Origin: Craspedostauros australis
Lineage: Eukaryota
NCBI GenBank assembly: GCA_030167865.1
Contig: JALAGF010004571.1
Span: 1-61,270 of the forward strand
Direction: 5' to 3'
Length of the DNA stretch: 61,270 nucleotides
In this document: piece by piece, positions 1 through 10,451 of the stretch
Position numbering within the stretch: the first letter of the stretch is position 1
Layout of the letters: each line of letters opens with the position of its first letter
Position numbers and translations under genes: made by a program
The notes under the pieces: model-generated
What the model was told of the DNA's origin: nothing
The model's database searches: none
The model's input: only the letters and a program-made list of their open reading frames with translations

Positions 1-157
1 CACACTGAATTGTCCAGGCTATTGTATGTTCAGCACAAATCGACAATAACAGGGCTTGCCCTGTCTGCATTCCTCTTTCTGTTGCTGAATTAGATATTGC
101 ACTAGTGAATGCCACATTTTCGTCCTCCGTCCTGTTGGCATACCAAGATACATCAGA

Positions 158-1206
158 ATGGCACTGGAGACCACGCAGACAACCAAGACAACCATTGCAT
201 GCAAGGGCATGGAGCTTCTGGGACAAGCGTTTGATCCTAGACTCCACACTCCACCATCGTACGGTGTGCAAACATGTTTCTGAAGCAACTTCGGAACCCA
301 CACCAAAGTGGCTGCCATGGCATGGGACGGACTGAATGAGGAAGACTTACTGCCATGGAATGCAACAATGGAGCACCTGCTATGTGCTCTCATGTTTCTC
401 AAACAATATCCAACATGGGGTGTGCTGGCAGGACGAATGGGAAAGGATGTGAAAACTGTACAGAAGTGGGCCTGGATTATTCTTCATGCATTGGCTCTCC
501 TCAGCCAAGAACTTGTAAGTGACACAACTTTGGAACATCAACAGAGGAACCACAATCTGTATGCTGCAATTGATGAATTGCGTGCCATATCTCTCACAAT
601 CTCTGCCTTTGCCAATGTTCACATGTGTTGATCTTATCCCAGATATGTTTTGAAGATCGGAAAATTGGCTGTCCACCAGGAACAACAACAATGACATCCG
701 TAGACGGTACTGACTTCCCCATCATGGAGCCTTCTTTGTATGATCCAGGCTGGTATTCCCACAAATTCCAAGCTGCAGGGCTCCGATATGAAACTTGCAT
801 CTCCATTGTGACAGGGCACCTTGTGTGGGTGGACGGACCATATCCTTGCGGGGAGTGGCCAGACATCAAGATCTATTGTGAGAAGCTCTTACATGCATTG
901 GATCCTAATGAACAGGTCATTGCAGACCGCGGGTACAGAGGTGAGCAAAGCTGCTGCTTGGATTGCACACGACGCAATGGCGTGATTCGTGCACGGCATG
1001 AAACTGTGCATAAAAGGTTCAAGAACTGGAAGTGCCTGAAGCAAAAATGGCGGCACTTACTGGAGAAGCACCAGTACACAATGTACTCGGTAGCCGCAAT
1101 CACACAATTGGAACTCAAACATACAAATCCGCTGTTTAACCTCAACCGAACAATGGGAATCATCAGGGAGATGGATGATTGGTTGGATTCCCTGGTGGAA
1201 CCGTAA
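158..1206 (+). pseudogene. PIF/Harbinger-like DDE transposase (DDE_Tnp_4-type), two exons, disrupted
   Basis: ATG at 158 with an in-frame TGA at 281-283. The HTH-like N-part reads HLLCALMFLKQYPT...KTVQKWAW. A phase-0 intron GTAAGT(515)..CCCAG(642) joins it to the catalytic part SVDGTDFPI..WYSHKF..LRYE..GPYPCG..D..IADRGYRG..RARHETV..RFKNWKCL, typical of Harbinger/ISL2EU-like transposases. Confidence 0.8.
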
Positions 1207-1260
1207 GAATAAGCAATACTCACATGCAATAAACCAACAAACTTAGAAATAGCAACAACA

Positions 1261-2000
1261 ATGAACACTCTTCAACCTATTCGTCATGAGGGCTGCTGAA
1301 ACGAAACTGCAATTGGATGTGCCAACCGAGGAAGTATCCCAGGCCAAACCAAAGTGGACTGGATGAGCCGAAATCACAAGCTCCAGGAAGAAGCCAAGCA
1401 TGGCATAATGTCCCAGCTCATGGACTCGTCTTGTGAAGCCCCCGTAGAGCTGCCTCAAATGCCCATACCTCCTCACCTCCGCCAGCTTAGCCAGAACCTA
1501 CTGGGAACCGAGCCAAGCAGAGCAGTGCGGCTGCTAGCCATGGCACACATCATGCCACATGTCAAGGCCACGGTTCCTCNAGAGCAGCTAGTATGGCTGT
1601 GCTGTGCACCATCTGCATCCAACATCCTGCAGCGCAACCACACGCCCGGCACGCTTCACCTGATCCACTATGAGGGCAGCTGGCGCCATCACGCGTTACG
1701 CCTGTGCATACATTATACATCTGCTGGCATACATGAGTGTATGCAACCACACGGCAAGGCAACACCTGCCAACAATATCCGTTCCTGCTGCATGTCTCCT
1801 GTGGAATAAACGAGGCGGTACAAAAGCGCCTTTGGCACATAGTTAAAGACTATCGTCTATATGGTAAAACAACAACAACAGAACAAGAACTGTACATTGC
1901 ATGCATGGAGAGGAAGAGAAAATCAGGTTGCAATGTCAGCGTAGTAGGTTGGTCTGCCATTAGTCGGTACAGGGAGGGTCGTGGTAAAGTGTGCAGGTGA
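1261..2000 (+). pseudogene. Possible degenerate second ORF of the transposon
   Basis: ATG at 1261 is in frame with ORF 1354..1809 except for a TGA at 1297. It may continue via a frameshift into ORF 1737..2000. No recognisable domain. Confidence 0.3.
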
Positions 2001-3887
2001 GTCACAGACGAAGCCGCAATGACCAATGCACTCGTTGTCCCAAACCCAAAGCAAGTCACAAATACACAAGGAAAGCAACAGCGAAACCTGTGAAAAGGCT
2101 GATTCCAACGAACAGCAGGAAAATCTGGAAAATAGCAACAATGGACCCACTTTCTATTCTTTCTGAGTCGCATTTACAAAAAAACGCCGTTTTCCCTTCC
2201 CCTCCCAGGCATCAAAGACGCTGCCAAACCGAAGAAGGCCAGTGACGTTGACTCTCCGACCCGCCCAACAAGAAATGACATCAATTCCGCTTCGGCATTT
2301 CTCGCTTTCAGGTCATTCGCAATTCTGGTCGTGTTGTTGGTTTTGGGTGTCGAAGAACGCCACCGAGCGAGACAATCACTCCAATCGTGCGTTTGGCGGA
2401 TTGCATCTTTGGCTTTTGTGATGGTCACAGCAATCATTTATGACTATTCTTCTGTGCAAGGTCGTCACAACAACAGTGGACTAGAGGCAAGAGTACGAAT
2501 GGACGTGATCATGACGCAATTGCCTCGTGACGCGTTGCAGGTTCGTCATTCTATTTGTGGAGAACGGGTGCCGCGGATTCCGCTACTGTCCATTCGCGCG
2601 TGAAGGCGCCTGGCTCCAAGGGGACGATCTGCGCAACCACGCAACGCAGTGCGGACAGACCATGAAGCATGACGCCAAGACTCCCCAAAGCGCCATGAAG
2701 CTTACACCGCACCAACGAGAAGCATCACCCATCGCCGCGACGAGCACATTGAGCACGTCTTTGGTGCAGTTCGGCCACGCGGACAGGTCCCGCATGCGTC
2801 GACGAACTATGTAGGCCTTGGATGTTGCTAGGGGAGCAGTAGGATAGCGCGTACGGCACCCTGTGCGCAATTCTCAGAAAGTATCAGATCATTCCGAGAG
2901 AATGGCTCCTGCACTCCCACGCTCAAGAGCGTCGATCCAGATATTCTTTTGTTTGGGACCGGCGGTGCGACAAGTCGGCGTATTGCATGCCTACCAGTCG
3001 ACGCAGGTCTAAAGATCAAACGAATGTGAAATGGTGGCAACTTGCTGAGGAGTTTGACACGGCGCCTATGCAGCAGCGTTAGGAGGCTGGAACTTGAAGT
3101 CCAGTATATAACGCAAAGTAGTATTGCCATACATGCTCCTCGCCGGCGAAACAAAGTCGTAAAGGGCTTACTGTCAACACCTCTCAGCGTGCTCCTAGAT
3201 ACAACGAGAGACGGAAGGGATGAAAATGAATCGAGATTGAGAGAGACGTTGTCTGTGGCGCCGTGGAGTTTGGTGCCTATCGAACACTGACGCGTACGAC
3301 GAGACGTTGCCAAGGCACGCTTTGTGACCTACACTTGTATGCATGTAGTCGTATCAGACTCTCATCGTCGGTACGGGCATGATCCGAGTAGTTTCCGATC
3401 ACCAAGTACCCCTGCCCTGACTGGTGAACTCTTGTTTCTGAGATCGCCGTCACAGGGCAGAAGGCGCATTGAGCAAGACAGCTGGGTTGGAGAAGTCAGG
3501 CGAGCCAACAATCATCGGGGTGAGATGCCTTCATGAATGTACACCGCACGAAAAAGTGGAGTATGGCATAATAGAAAAGATTACACTGCAGTGGACTACT
3601 GAAGAGGCAAAATTCATTTCTTCAGTGTTACACAATGAGAATGTTGATTGACCAGTCGTCGTCCGTTACTTGACTCTGGAGCCCCGCACCTCACGATGAT
3701 CCAAGATCCATCTTCTGCTATCTTTGCGTAGCTTGTACCGTCGACGATCAGTGATTGACTGCTAGCTGTTACATACTCAACACTTATCTGCTATACACAC
3801 GAGTGCTCCACGAAAGATCACATGTCTCCATCGTGACAAAGATGACACCATGACATCAGATGCTGTGTGTCATCAAAAACCGCGTCC

Positions 3888-4634
3888 TTACGCTCGGCCA
3901 CCGTCTGCTTCTGCTGAAAGTGCGCGCCTTTGCTTCCTTGATGGCCACGCTGCATCATTTACCATCGCTCTAGGAGAAAGATATGTCGTTTGCTTCGTTC
4001 TTCCGTAGTGTGATTTTTGCGTGCGTTTCGTTGTTTTGGCGGTCCTCCTCAAGTGCGGACGAGGACGTGGGTCGTGCTGCCCGCAAGCTCTGGCATCGAA
4101 CATGGCCTCCAGGATTGCCTGGACAGTCGTGAATTGAGTCTCTTGTCTGTACACCTTGGCCAGGCTCTCTGGAAATTCAACGCCAGCGGCTTGTTGGTAG
4201 CTCTGCTCCCTCAGCACCTTTTGACTTGCCTGTTGACGGCGGCGTTGCCTTCGTGCCGCGGTAGCACCGATGTGTTGCTCCAATCCACGCTGCATGCGCC
4301 TCTTCCCTGCATTGATGTCTTTGACGACTTCTCGGATCTCATGCTTGAGCATCCGTCTTTCGCACCGCGTGTACCATGAGGATTGAATCTCATCATGCGT
4401 GAAGTTGCGGTGGTGTCGAATGAATTGGACACGGACGTTGGGATGGAATCGAACCTGTTTCTTCGATGCTGTCTTCGCATCGGTGTCGGTGATGCTGGTG
4501 ATGAAGGCTCTGCCGTTGATGTAGGCTGCTCTGGTGCTTCGGTCTGTAGCGCCGTTCCTTGGTAGACAAGGCTTCCTCGCCATGGTCAGCGCGACTTTGC
4601 AAGTCGTCGGTATGTGAGTTGTCGGCTGCACCAT
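3888..4634 (-). CDS. Uncharacterised diatom-expanded family protein with N-terminal KxVxF motif
   Basis: 248-aa ORF with the pattern KKQVRF...SWY...RGLE...VLREQ..Q...LAKVY...A...A..D, which I recognise as a recurrent diatom hypothetical-protein family. Confidence 0.7.
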   Translation of the reverse strand: MVQPTTHIPTTCKVALTMARKPCLPRNGATDRSTRAAYINGRAFITSITDTDAKTASKKQVRFHPNVRVQFIRHHRNFTHDEIQSSWYTRCERRMLKHEIREVVKDINAGKRRMQRGLEQHIGATAARRQRRRQQASQKVLREQSYQQAAGVEFPESLAKVYRQETQFTTVQAILEAMFDARACGQHDPRPRPHLRRTAKTTKRTQKSHYGRTKQTTYLSPRAMVNDAAWPSRKQRRALSAEADGGRA

Positions 4635-4980
4635 CGTTTTGATTGATTGATTGATTGATTGCTGGGGTATGTGGATTTATGTGGTCGCCAGAGACTTTAC
4701 TCTTACCCTTACCCGTATGAATAGTTGCTTGGACGGAACTTATGAGATGGTCGGATTTGCCTCAGCACATCCTTTGTCATGCTGTTTTGTTCATGTTGTT
4801 TTGTTCATGTGCGATTCAGTTCGTACCAGCCCGCCACAGAAACACTTTCACGCTTTTGGTTGGAATTTGTGAACAGTGCTGACTCCGGCAGATTCGGGTG
4901 AAGTCCACCATCACGCACAGCCTCTCATGATGCGCTTCTTGGTCATTTTGCTCTCGATGTCACTGGAAACTCGCACACTC

Positions 4981-4999
4981 AGAGAGAGAGAGAGAGAGA
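4981..4999. repeat. (AG)9 microsatellite
   Basis: agagagagagagagagaga. Confidence 0.9.
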
Positions 5000-5978
5000 A
5001 CGGCATGAGCGCCAGGAAGACATTTTCGTACCGCAGCCACCACGTACCCCTACTACTCATGGACAAGCTCGCACGGGTGGACTTACCCTTGGGCCGAAGT
5101 CGCTGCAACGTCCATGCTTTCTCCGGGGAGATATCGATAAGTTTGGTCTGTCCCGTTCTCCCATAGTTGCACGGAGATGTTCCCTACGACTACGCCTTGA
5201 GCAGAGTAGCTGTACGGTACGACCTACCCAACTCTCCGCTTTGGACTTTCGTGGCTTGTTTGGTCCGCCACGACACACAACAATGGCACTTCGTGAGGAC
5301 GTTTATGGCAAGACACGGTGAGGCGCCGATCGGTAAAGTCCCTGTGGGCATGCACGAGCTGTGGTGTGCCATGCCAACGACATTGCGTCCTTGATAAGTG
5401 TGGCACTATCATGACTGCACAAGTAAGAAAGCACCTTGATTTTTACTCTTACCCCATGCTATGCACACATGCCTCGCAGGTCTTGAAGTTTCGAATCGCG
5501 CCCTCGTGTGTGCAACAAGTCGCGCCTTGGGACATCAACGCGCTCGGTAGACGAGAGGGAAGAGGAATTCGCCAAGAGAGCATGTGAATCACATTTCTGA
5601 GGATTTTGGTTAAATCATGCACTTTGTTGATGGACAAAGAACGCCATCGGTGTCGCAAGCACTCCAGTAATGGATTCCACCAGGGAGAGGGAAACAGTTA
5701 CATCCAAGTCATGGTAAGGGAAGGCCGTCAGGAACATGGCATGTCAGATCGTGCATCTGAGGCATTGGCATTTGTATTGGTGGCAGGGCAGCTCGCGGCG
5801 GTGGTGGCGCCGCCTCGGACCACAGCAATGGGAAATGCCACGGCGCACCAGAAACTTTGGACCTTGCTACCTGGTCCCATCTTGTTATTATGTGCACGAT
5901 CTTTCGCAATAGCTCGTGCTCTTAACTTGTGTTCGTGCAAATGCGGTATTGTTTTTGTACGCATCGTGAAGATATGAT

Positions 5979-6451
5979 GTGCCACCCCACCCGCGAACAA
6001 GATCCGCAAACCCTACTACTATACCTGTGCAACCTGGGTCATCTTGCGTCGTCGCGATGGGACGGAGAGAGAACTTGGCGCGACCATTGGACACTCCAAG
6101 AACTAGAGGACTTTCATGTCATTTGTGCAACATATCTGGCATCTGCACTAATGTCAGGCACACATTTATTACGAGCGACACTTCATGAAGTGAGCATTCA
6201 TGATGGAACTTTCCCTGGTCGTCACAGCGATCGTGGAATCCAGGAAGCCAACAAGAGGAGGCAAATGATCTGCAGCTTTCATGACTTCGACAGATCCCCG
6301 AAGAGATGCAGTTCAAACGCGAGTTCGTGATTATTGCCTGGCACAAGACCAACGAATCTTGCTTGATTGACCAATGCATATGTATTGAATGTTTTACTGG
6401 TGGAGACTTGATGTTCGGCTGAAGTACAGATTCCATGAGCATGGAGGACGG
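5979..6451 (+). pseudogene. Possible decayed gene fragment
   Basis: One frame is interrupted only by TGA codons (6186, 6201, 6282, 6420) and ends at a GTGAGT donor-like site. The region is locally CpG-poor. Confidence 0.3.
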
Positions 6452-7465
6452 AGGTGAGTAGGGCAGTGACGAAGATATCTTTGCACCGTGCTGAACTTCC
6501 TGCCAGGTGCAGGAGTGAGGAAGACCATGCGAAGGTGTTGGGATGGGATGCATTTAGATCAGATCAGATGGGATCAACAAATTCCAACCTTTGCAAAGTA
6601 TTATGTATGTAAGGCACGGTACTAACAGAAGGAAGATCGTCATATGCCGTGTAGAATGCTTCACGAGTACTCATAGCTCGCATCATACGAAATACTCCAG
6701 GTACTTGGTCCTCCTCACACACCCCAAACGAGCCTGTGTCGATACATTCTTCCGTCCCTCCATCATCCGCTCATTCCGGGGGGAGGGGGTTGAGTGCCGC
6801 CATGAGTCATTTTGGTGTGCTGGCGCATCCGTCTCTCCTCCTTGTCGGATGGAGCAGTTGCGCTGATGAGATGGGCTGCGAGAGAATGGCCCGTAGATTA
6901 TCCAAGAGCAGATTTCTTACGCTTTGTTCCACATCACCTTGAACATGTTGCTGGTTGAATGGTTGAATCGTATTATATGTGGCCTCTTTGGGAGGTCCAG
7001 ACGTTGCGAAATATGATGTGCCACGGTGACGTTCAGAGGTGCACATCCTTGTGCATTCTTCTTCTCCATCAGTAGAACATTGCAGCTGAAGGATGCAAGC
7101 ATTGATGTCGAGGGTGACAGTGGGTGCGGGTACGATGCCTGTCGTGATGACCGTGCCGTACCTGTAGGTCATGGACAACACGAAGTCATCTCCGTGAACA
7201 GCCGCCGCGGAAGTTCCTCGTCCCTGGTATGGATGAGTTCGTTGCAGCACCCCCGACTCGATCAATGACGGGTGGATATGACCAGCCAACGAGGCACTTG
7301 ATCGATGGAGCGATTGCCCAGTCGTCGGTGACGAGCCTCTGTGGTCCTCGTCGATTCAGCGGGGGTCTTGTGCCGCGAGTAGAAAGTCTCCCAACGATTC
7401 AGCACCTACTCCCGCGGATCCAGGACTTCCAAAACCGGCTTCGTACTCGCACAGCCCCCTGCTGA

Positions 7466-9436
7466 TCATGTGAAGTAGATCTGCATCACACGGTCCGCCT
7501 CCTGGCGGCACACGGGGCAAGTCGTCGTTCGATTCATGCACTGCACACCGCAGTCTTCGCAGACGCAGAAGTGGCCGCACGGAACGAATGCGTGCGTTGT
7601 GGTGTTCGTCATGCACACTAAGCACACCTTCCTGGCGTCGGGATTATTGTCGTCGTTCTCGTCCACCTTCACGGGTGCGTCGCCCTCTTGCCAGGACTCT
7701 TGATCCAGATGCTCCAAGGTGGTCCGGCTGACATCTCTGCTACTCACGATGGAGATCAAGTCATCCACCAACGACGCCATGACGTGGTTTCCGTTGGCGT
7801 TACCGTCAGGATTTCTGTTGCCGCTACTATTGCGGTGGCTGTTGCGGGCGCCGACGCTGCCGTCCATCGAACGGCCATGCATGGCATCATCACCACGCTC
7901 ATTCGACACTCTTGCGGATGGTGAAGTTTCGCTGTTGCTGCCGTTGCTGCTGGAGGACGCATTTGCGTGACTCCGGACGCTTCGGAGGCCACCGCAGAGA
8001 CGCTGCTTGTTGATCATGCCCTCGAGCATCTTGACGAAGAGCATCTTGGACAAGCTTCCGTTGTCGCGATTGAGGTGGAAGTTGGTCGCCTCGTCAACAT
8101 CGCCCTGCCACCCGGGATAAGCGAGCGGCGTCAGCGCATCCAGCGCCCTGAGGCGCCAATGGGTGCGATCGCCCTCGTGCACACGTTGCTTCTCCCTCAT
8201 TTTATCCACGAACTTGCCAAAGACTTCGCCGGCCACCAGCCCATCCAGGGCCGCTTGGTAGTCAATCTCCCAGTCAGGATACGAGAGCTGCAACGTGTCC
8301 AGCGTGACAATACTCGGATGTGTTCTGTCGTTGCAGAAGAGCTGCTGCTTGATTCGGACACCATCCAGCATTCGGAGGTACACCAGCTTCGTGACAGCAG
8401 TGTCCTTGTTGGCGAAGTGATACTTCTCCAGCTCTTCAATATCTTCCTCCCATCGCGGGTACGACAACCGCGGTGAGCCGCAGTCGACCTCATGACGATC
8501 GCTGGACGAGGCGAGCGATGCGGCTTGTTGCTCCAAATGGCCGCTGGCGCTACTCCCGAATACGACGCAGTCAAGAGCCTGCAGCCTCCAGTGGGATCGA
8601 TCTCCAGCGTGGGCGCACTGCTTCCTCAGGATGGTCTGGTATCGCAGATCGAAGCCGGTGCCTTTTCCGTGCGCCGTCTTGGCCGCCTCCACGTCCATTT
8701 CCCAACCAGGATACGTCAGCTCCAGCATCGACAACTCGCGCATGTGAGGATGAGATTCATCTCCCATGTGCAGCAGCTGCTTGTTGCGAAAGCCCCGCAG
8801 CATCTTTGGATACTGCAGCGACAGCGAGACCGAGCGGCACATCAAGGTCGATCCGGCGGACGTCGATGCTCGGCGATTTCGGGATCGCCGGCGATGCGTT
8901 CCATCGCTGCTGCGCCGCGCGGATGAATCCAAGGTGATGGGAGGCGCAACGTTGCCGTACGCATCTTGGGCATCGTCCAGGTTGTGATGGTGATGGCCGT
9001 GCGACAGATGCCACGCCTCCGCCTGGAGGATATCGTCGTCGCATCCCGGGTAGGTGAGATGCAGCGCATCCAGCGCGCGCAGACGGCTGTGGGAGCGATC
9101 ACCGCGGAACATCCTCTCGGATTCCTCCAGTCGGAAGAGATGCTGCTGGATGGCCTGCCCCTGCATGTGGGCCATCTCGGCCGCTCGAAAGTCCGACTCC
9201 CAACCGGGATACGACAGACCGTCGTCTCTTCGCAGAGCATCCAGACGTATCAAGTCCGGATGAGAACGGTCGCCATGGTCCATCCAATCCAGACCATCGG
9301 CAGGGATGGATGCGTACTCCTCGTTTGCCGATTCCGTGGAGGATTGCGGTATGGCTGCGGAACCGATCAAGGCAGAGCTGTGATGGTGCTCATTCATGAT
9401 GTGTGGCATCGTGTGGTGCAATGCAGGAGAAGCCAT
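7466..9436 (-). CDS. RING-finger (C3HC4, IAP/MGRN1-like) E3 ligase with six internal ~55-aa repeats
   Basis: 656-aa single-exon ORF. The C-terminal RING reads CLVC..THAFVPCGHFCVCEDC..CPVCR..VMQIY. There are six GDRSH..L..LD.L.L(S/T)YPGWE.D repeats. Confidence 0.88.
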   Translation of the reverse strand: MASPALHHTMPHIMNEHHHSSALIGSAAIPQSSTESANEEYASIPADGLDWMDHGDRSHPDLIRLDALRRDDGLSYPGWESDFRAAEMAHMQGQAIQQHLFRLEESERMFRGDRSHSRLRALDALHLTYPGCDDDILQAEAWHLSHGHHHHNLDDAQDAYGNVAPPITLDSSARRSSDGTHRRRSRNRRASTSAGSTLMCRSVSLSLQYPKMLRGFRNKQLLHMGDESHPHMRELSMLELTYPGWEMDVEAAKTAHGKGTGFDLRYQTILRKQCAHAGDRSHWRLQALDCVVFGSSASGHLEQQAASLASSSDRHEVDCGSPRLSYPRWEEDIEELEKYHFANKDTAVTKLVYLRMLDGVRIKQQLFCNDRTHPSIVTLDTLQLSYPDWEIDYQAALDGLVAGEVFGKFVDKMREKQRVHEGDRTHWRLRALDALTPLAYPGWQGDVDEATNFHLNRDNGSLSKMLFVKMLEGMINKQRLCGGLRSVRSHANASSSSNGSNSETSPSARVSNERGDDAMHGRSMDGSVGARNSHRNSSGNRNPDGNANGNHVMASLVDDLISIVSSRDVSRTTLEHLDQESWQEGDAPVKVDENDDNNPDARKVCLVCMTNTTTHAFVPCGHFCVCEDCGVQCMNRTTTCPVCRQEADRVMQIYFT

Positions 9437-10451
9437 TGTTGCGAACGTTTGGATGCGATGAATGCTTGGATGCGAGAAATGTTTGGATGAATGATGGGGT
9501 TCCGATCAGCAAGAGAATCTTCAGAACTGACCTCTTCTGTTTCTCTTCCTCTTCCTGACTTGCTGCCGTTTTGTGCAGAGAGTGTGGAGTGCGATCCTTT
9601 GCGTCTCGCCGTTCTGCTTTGTCTCTCTCTTTCTCGACTCTTTCAGTGTGCCAACGTCGTCGCTGCTGCGTTGCCGTTTCTCCTTGCTGATGTTTATCGG
9701 TAGCGTGTTGGCGAGGCTGCTGAAAGGATTGTGTGCGGCAATGGTGAGAAAAGATGCAGTTGCCTCCATGCGTGGATGTTCACCGTGGGTGTCGGCATCC
9801 ATGTCGCGAAAACTCCAACGAGGAGATCGTTCCTGTTGTGCATTCTGCAGATTTTTCGAATTGTTGACATGCATGACATCGGGTATTGTTGGTGGAGGTG
9901 GTTGACTTTTGTGGACAGAGGATTCACGATTGCCTGCGTTGTTGACATTCCTGTAGTTAACGATGATTCTCGGAAGGCGGATCACGAATAGGTGTCAGGG
10001 ACTCGATGCCCACATTCTTGTGATTGTTCCGCTCACGAATGCAGAGTACGTTTGCCGAGTTGGCCACGCGTCGTTTCTGACAACGCCACGTCACTCTGAT
10101 GAGCCCGCCATGCTTCCGCGAATCCAAACAGGTTCCGTTGGGTCTCTTCAAGTACCTTTGGATACGATTGAGAAAAGGGCCTTCTTCTGTCCGTGTTTTC
10201 GGCCTTCTCTGACGTCACAAACAACGCAGAACGGAAACAACAACAACATCCTGCCGCATGCCGATCGACCATGGTGGTGTGGAATCGAAGCGCCGAACGG
10301 TGCAACGCAACACCACGCAGCGCGATGGGACGCAATGGGAAGCAATGGGACGTAAGCGATGTCACCACAAACTCAACAAGAGCAAGAGCAAAAGCAAGAG
10401 CAAGAGCATTCCTAAAGACCACACAGAAACGTAACAGCACAGTATCCCACC

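Larger units (their letters stand above)
1..2160 (+). mobile_element. Decayed DNA transposon region (boundaries uncertain)
   Basis: Contains the transposase relic and a second broken ORF. It is CpG-poor and TG/CA-rich relative to host genes. No TIRs were identified, and the left end may lie outside the window. Confidence 0.5.

Noticed and set aside
2174-3651. Cluster of short ORFs after the transposon relic
   Set aside because: No recognisable motifs or consistent splice model.
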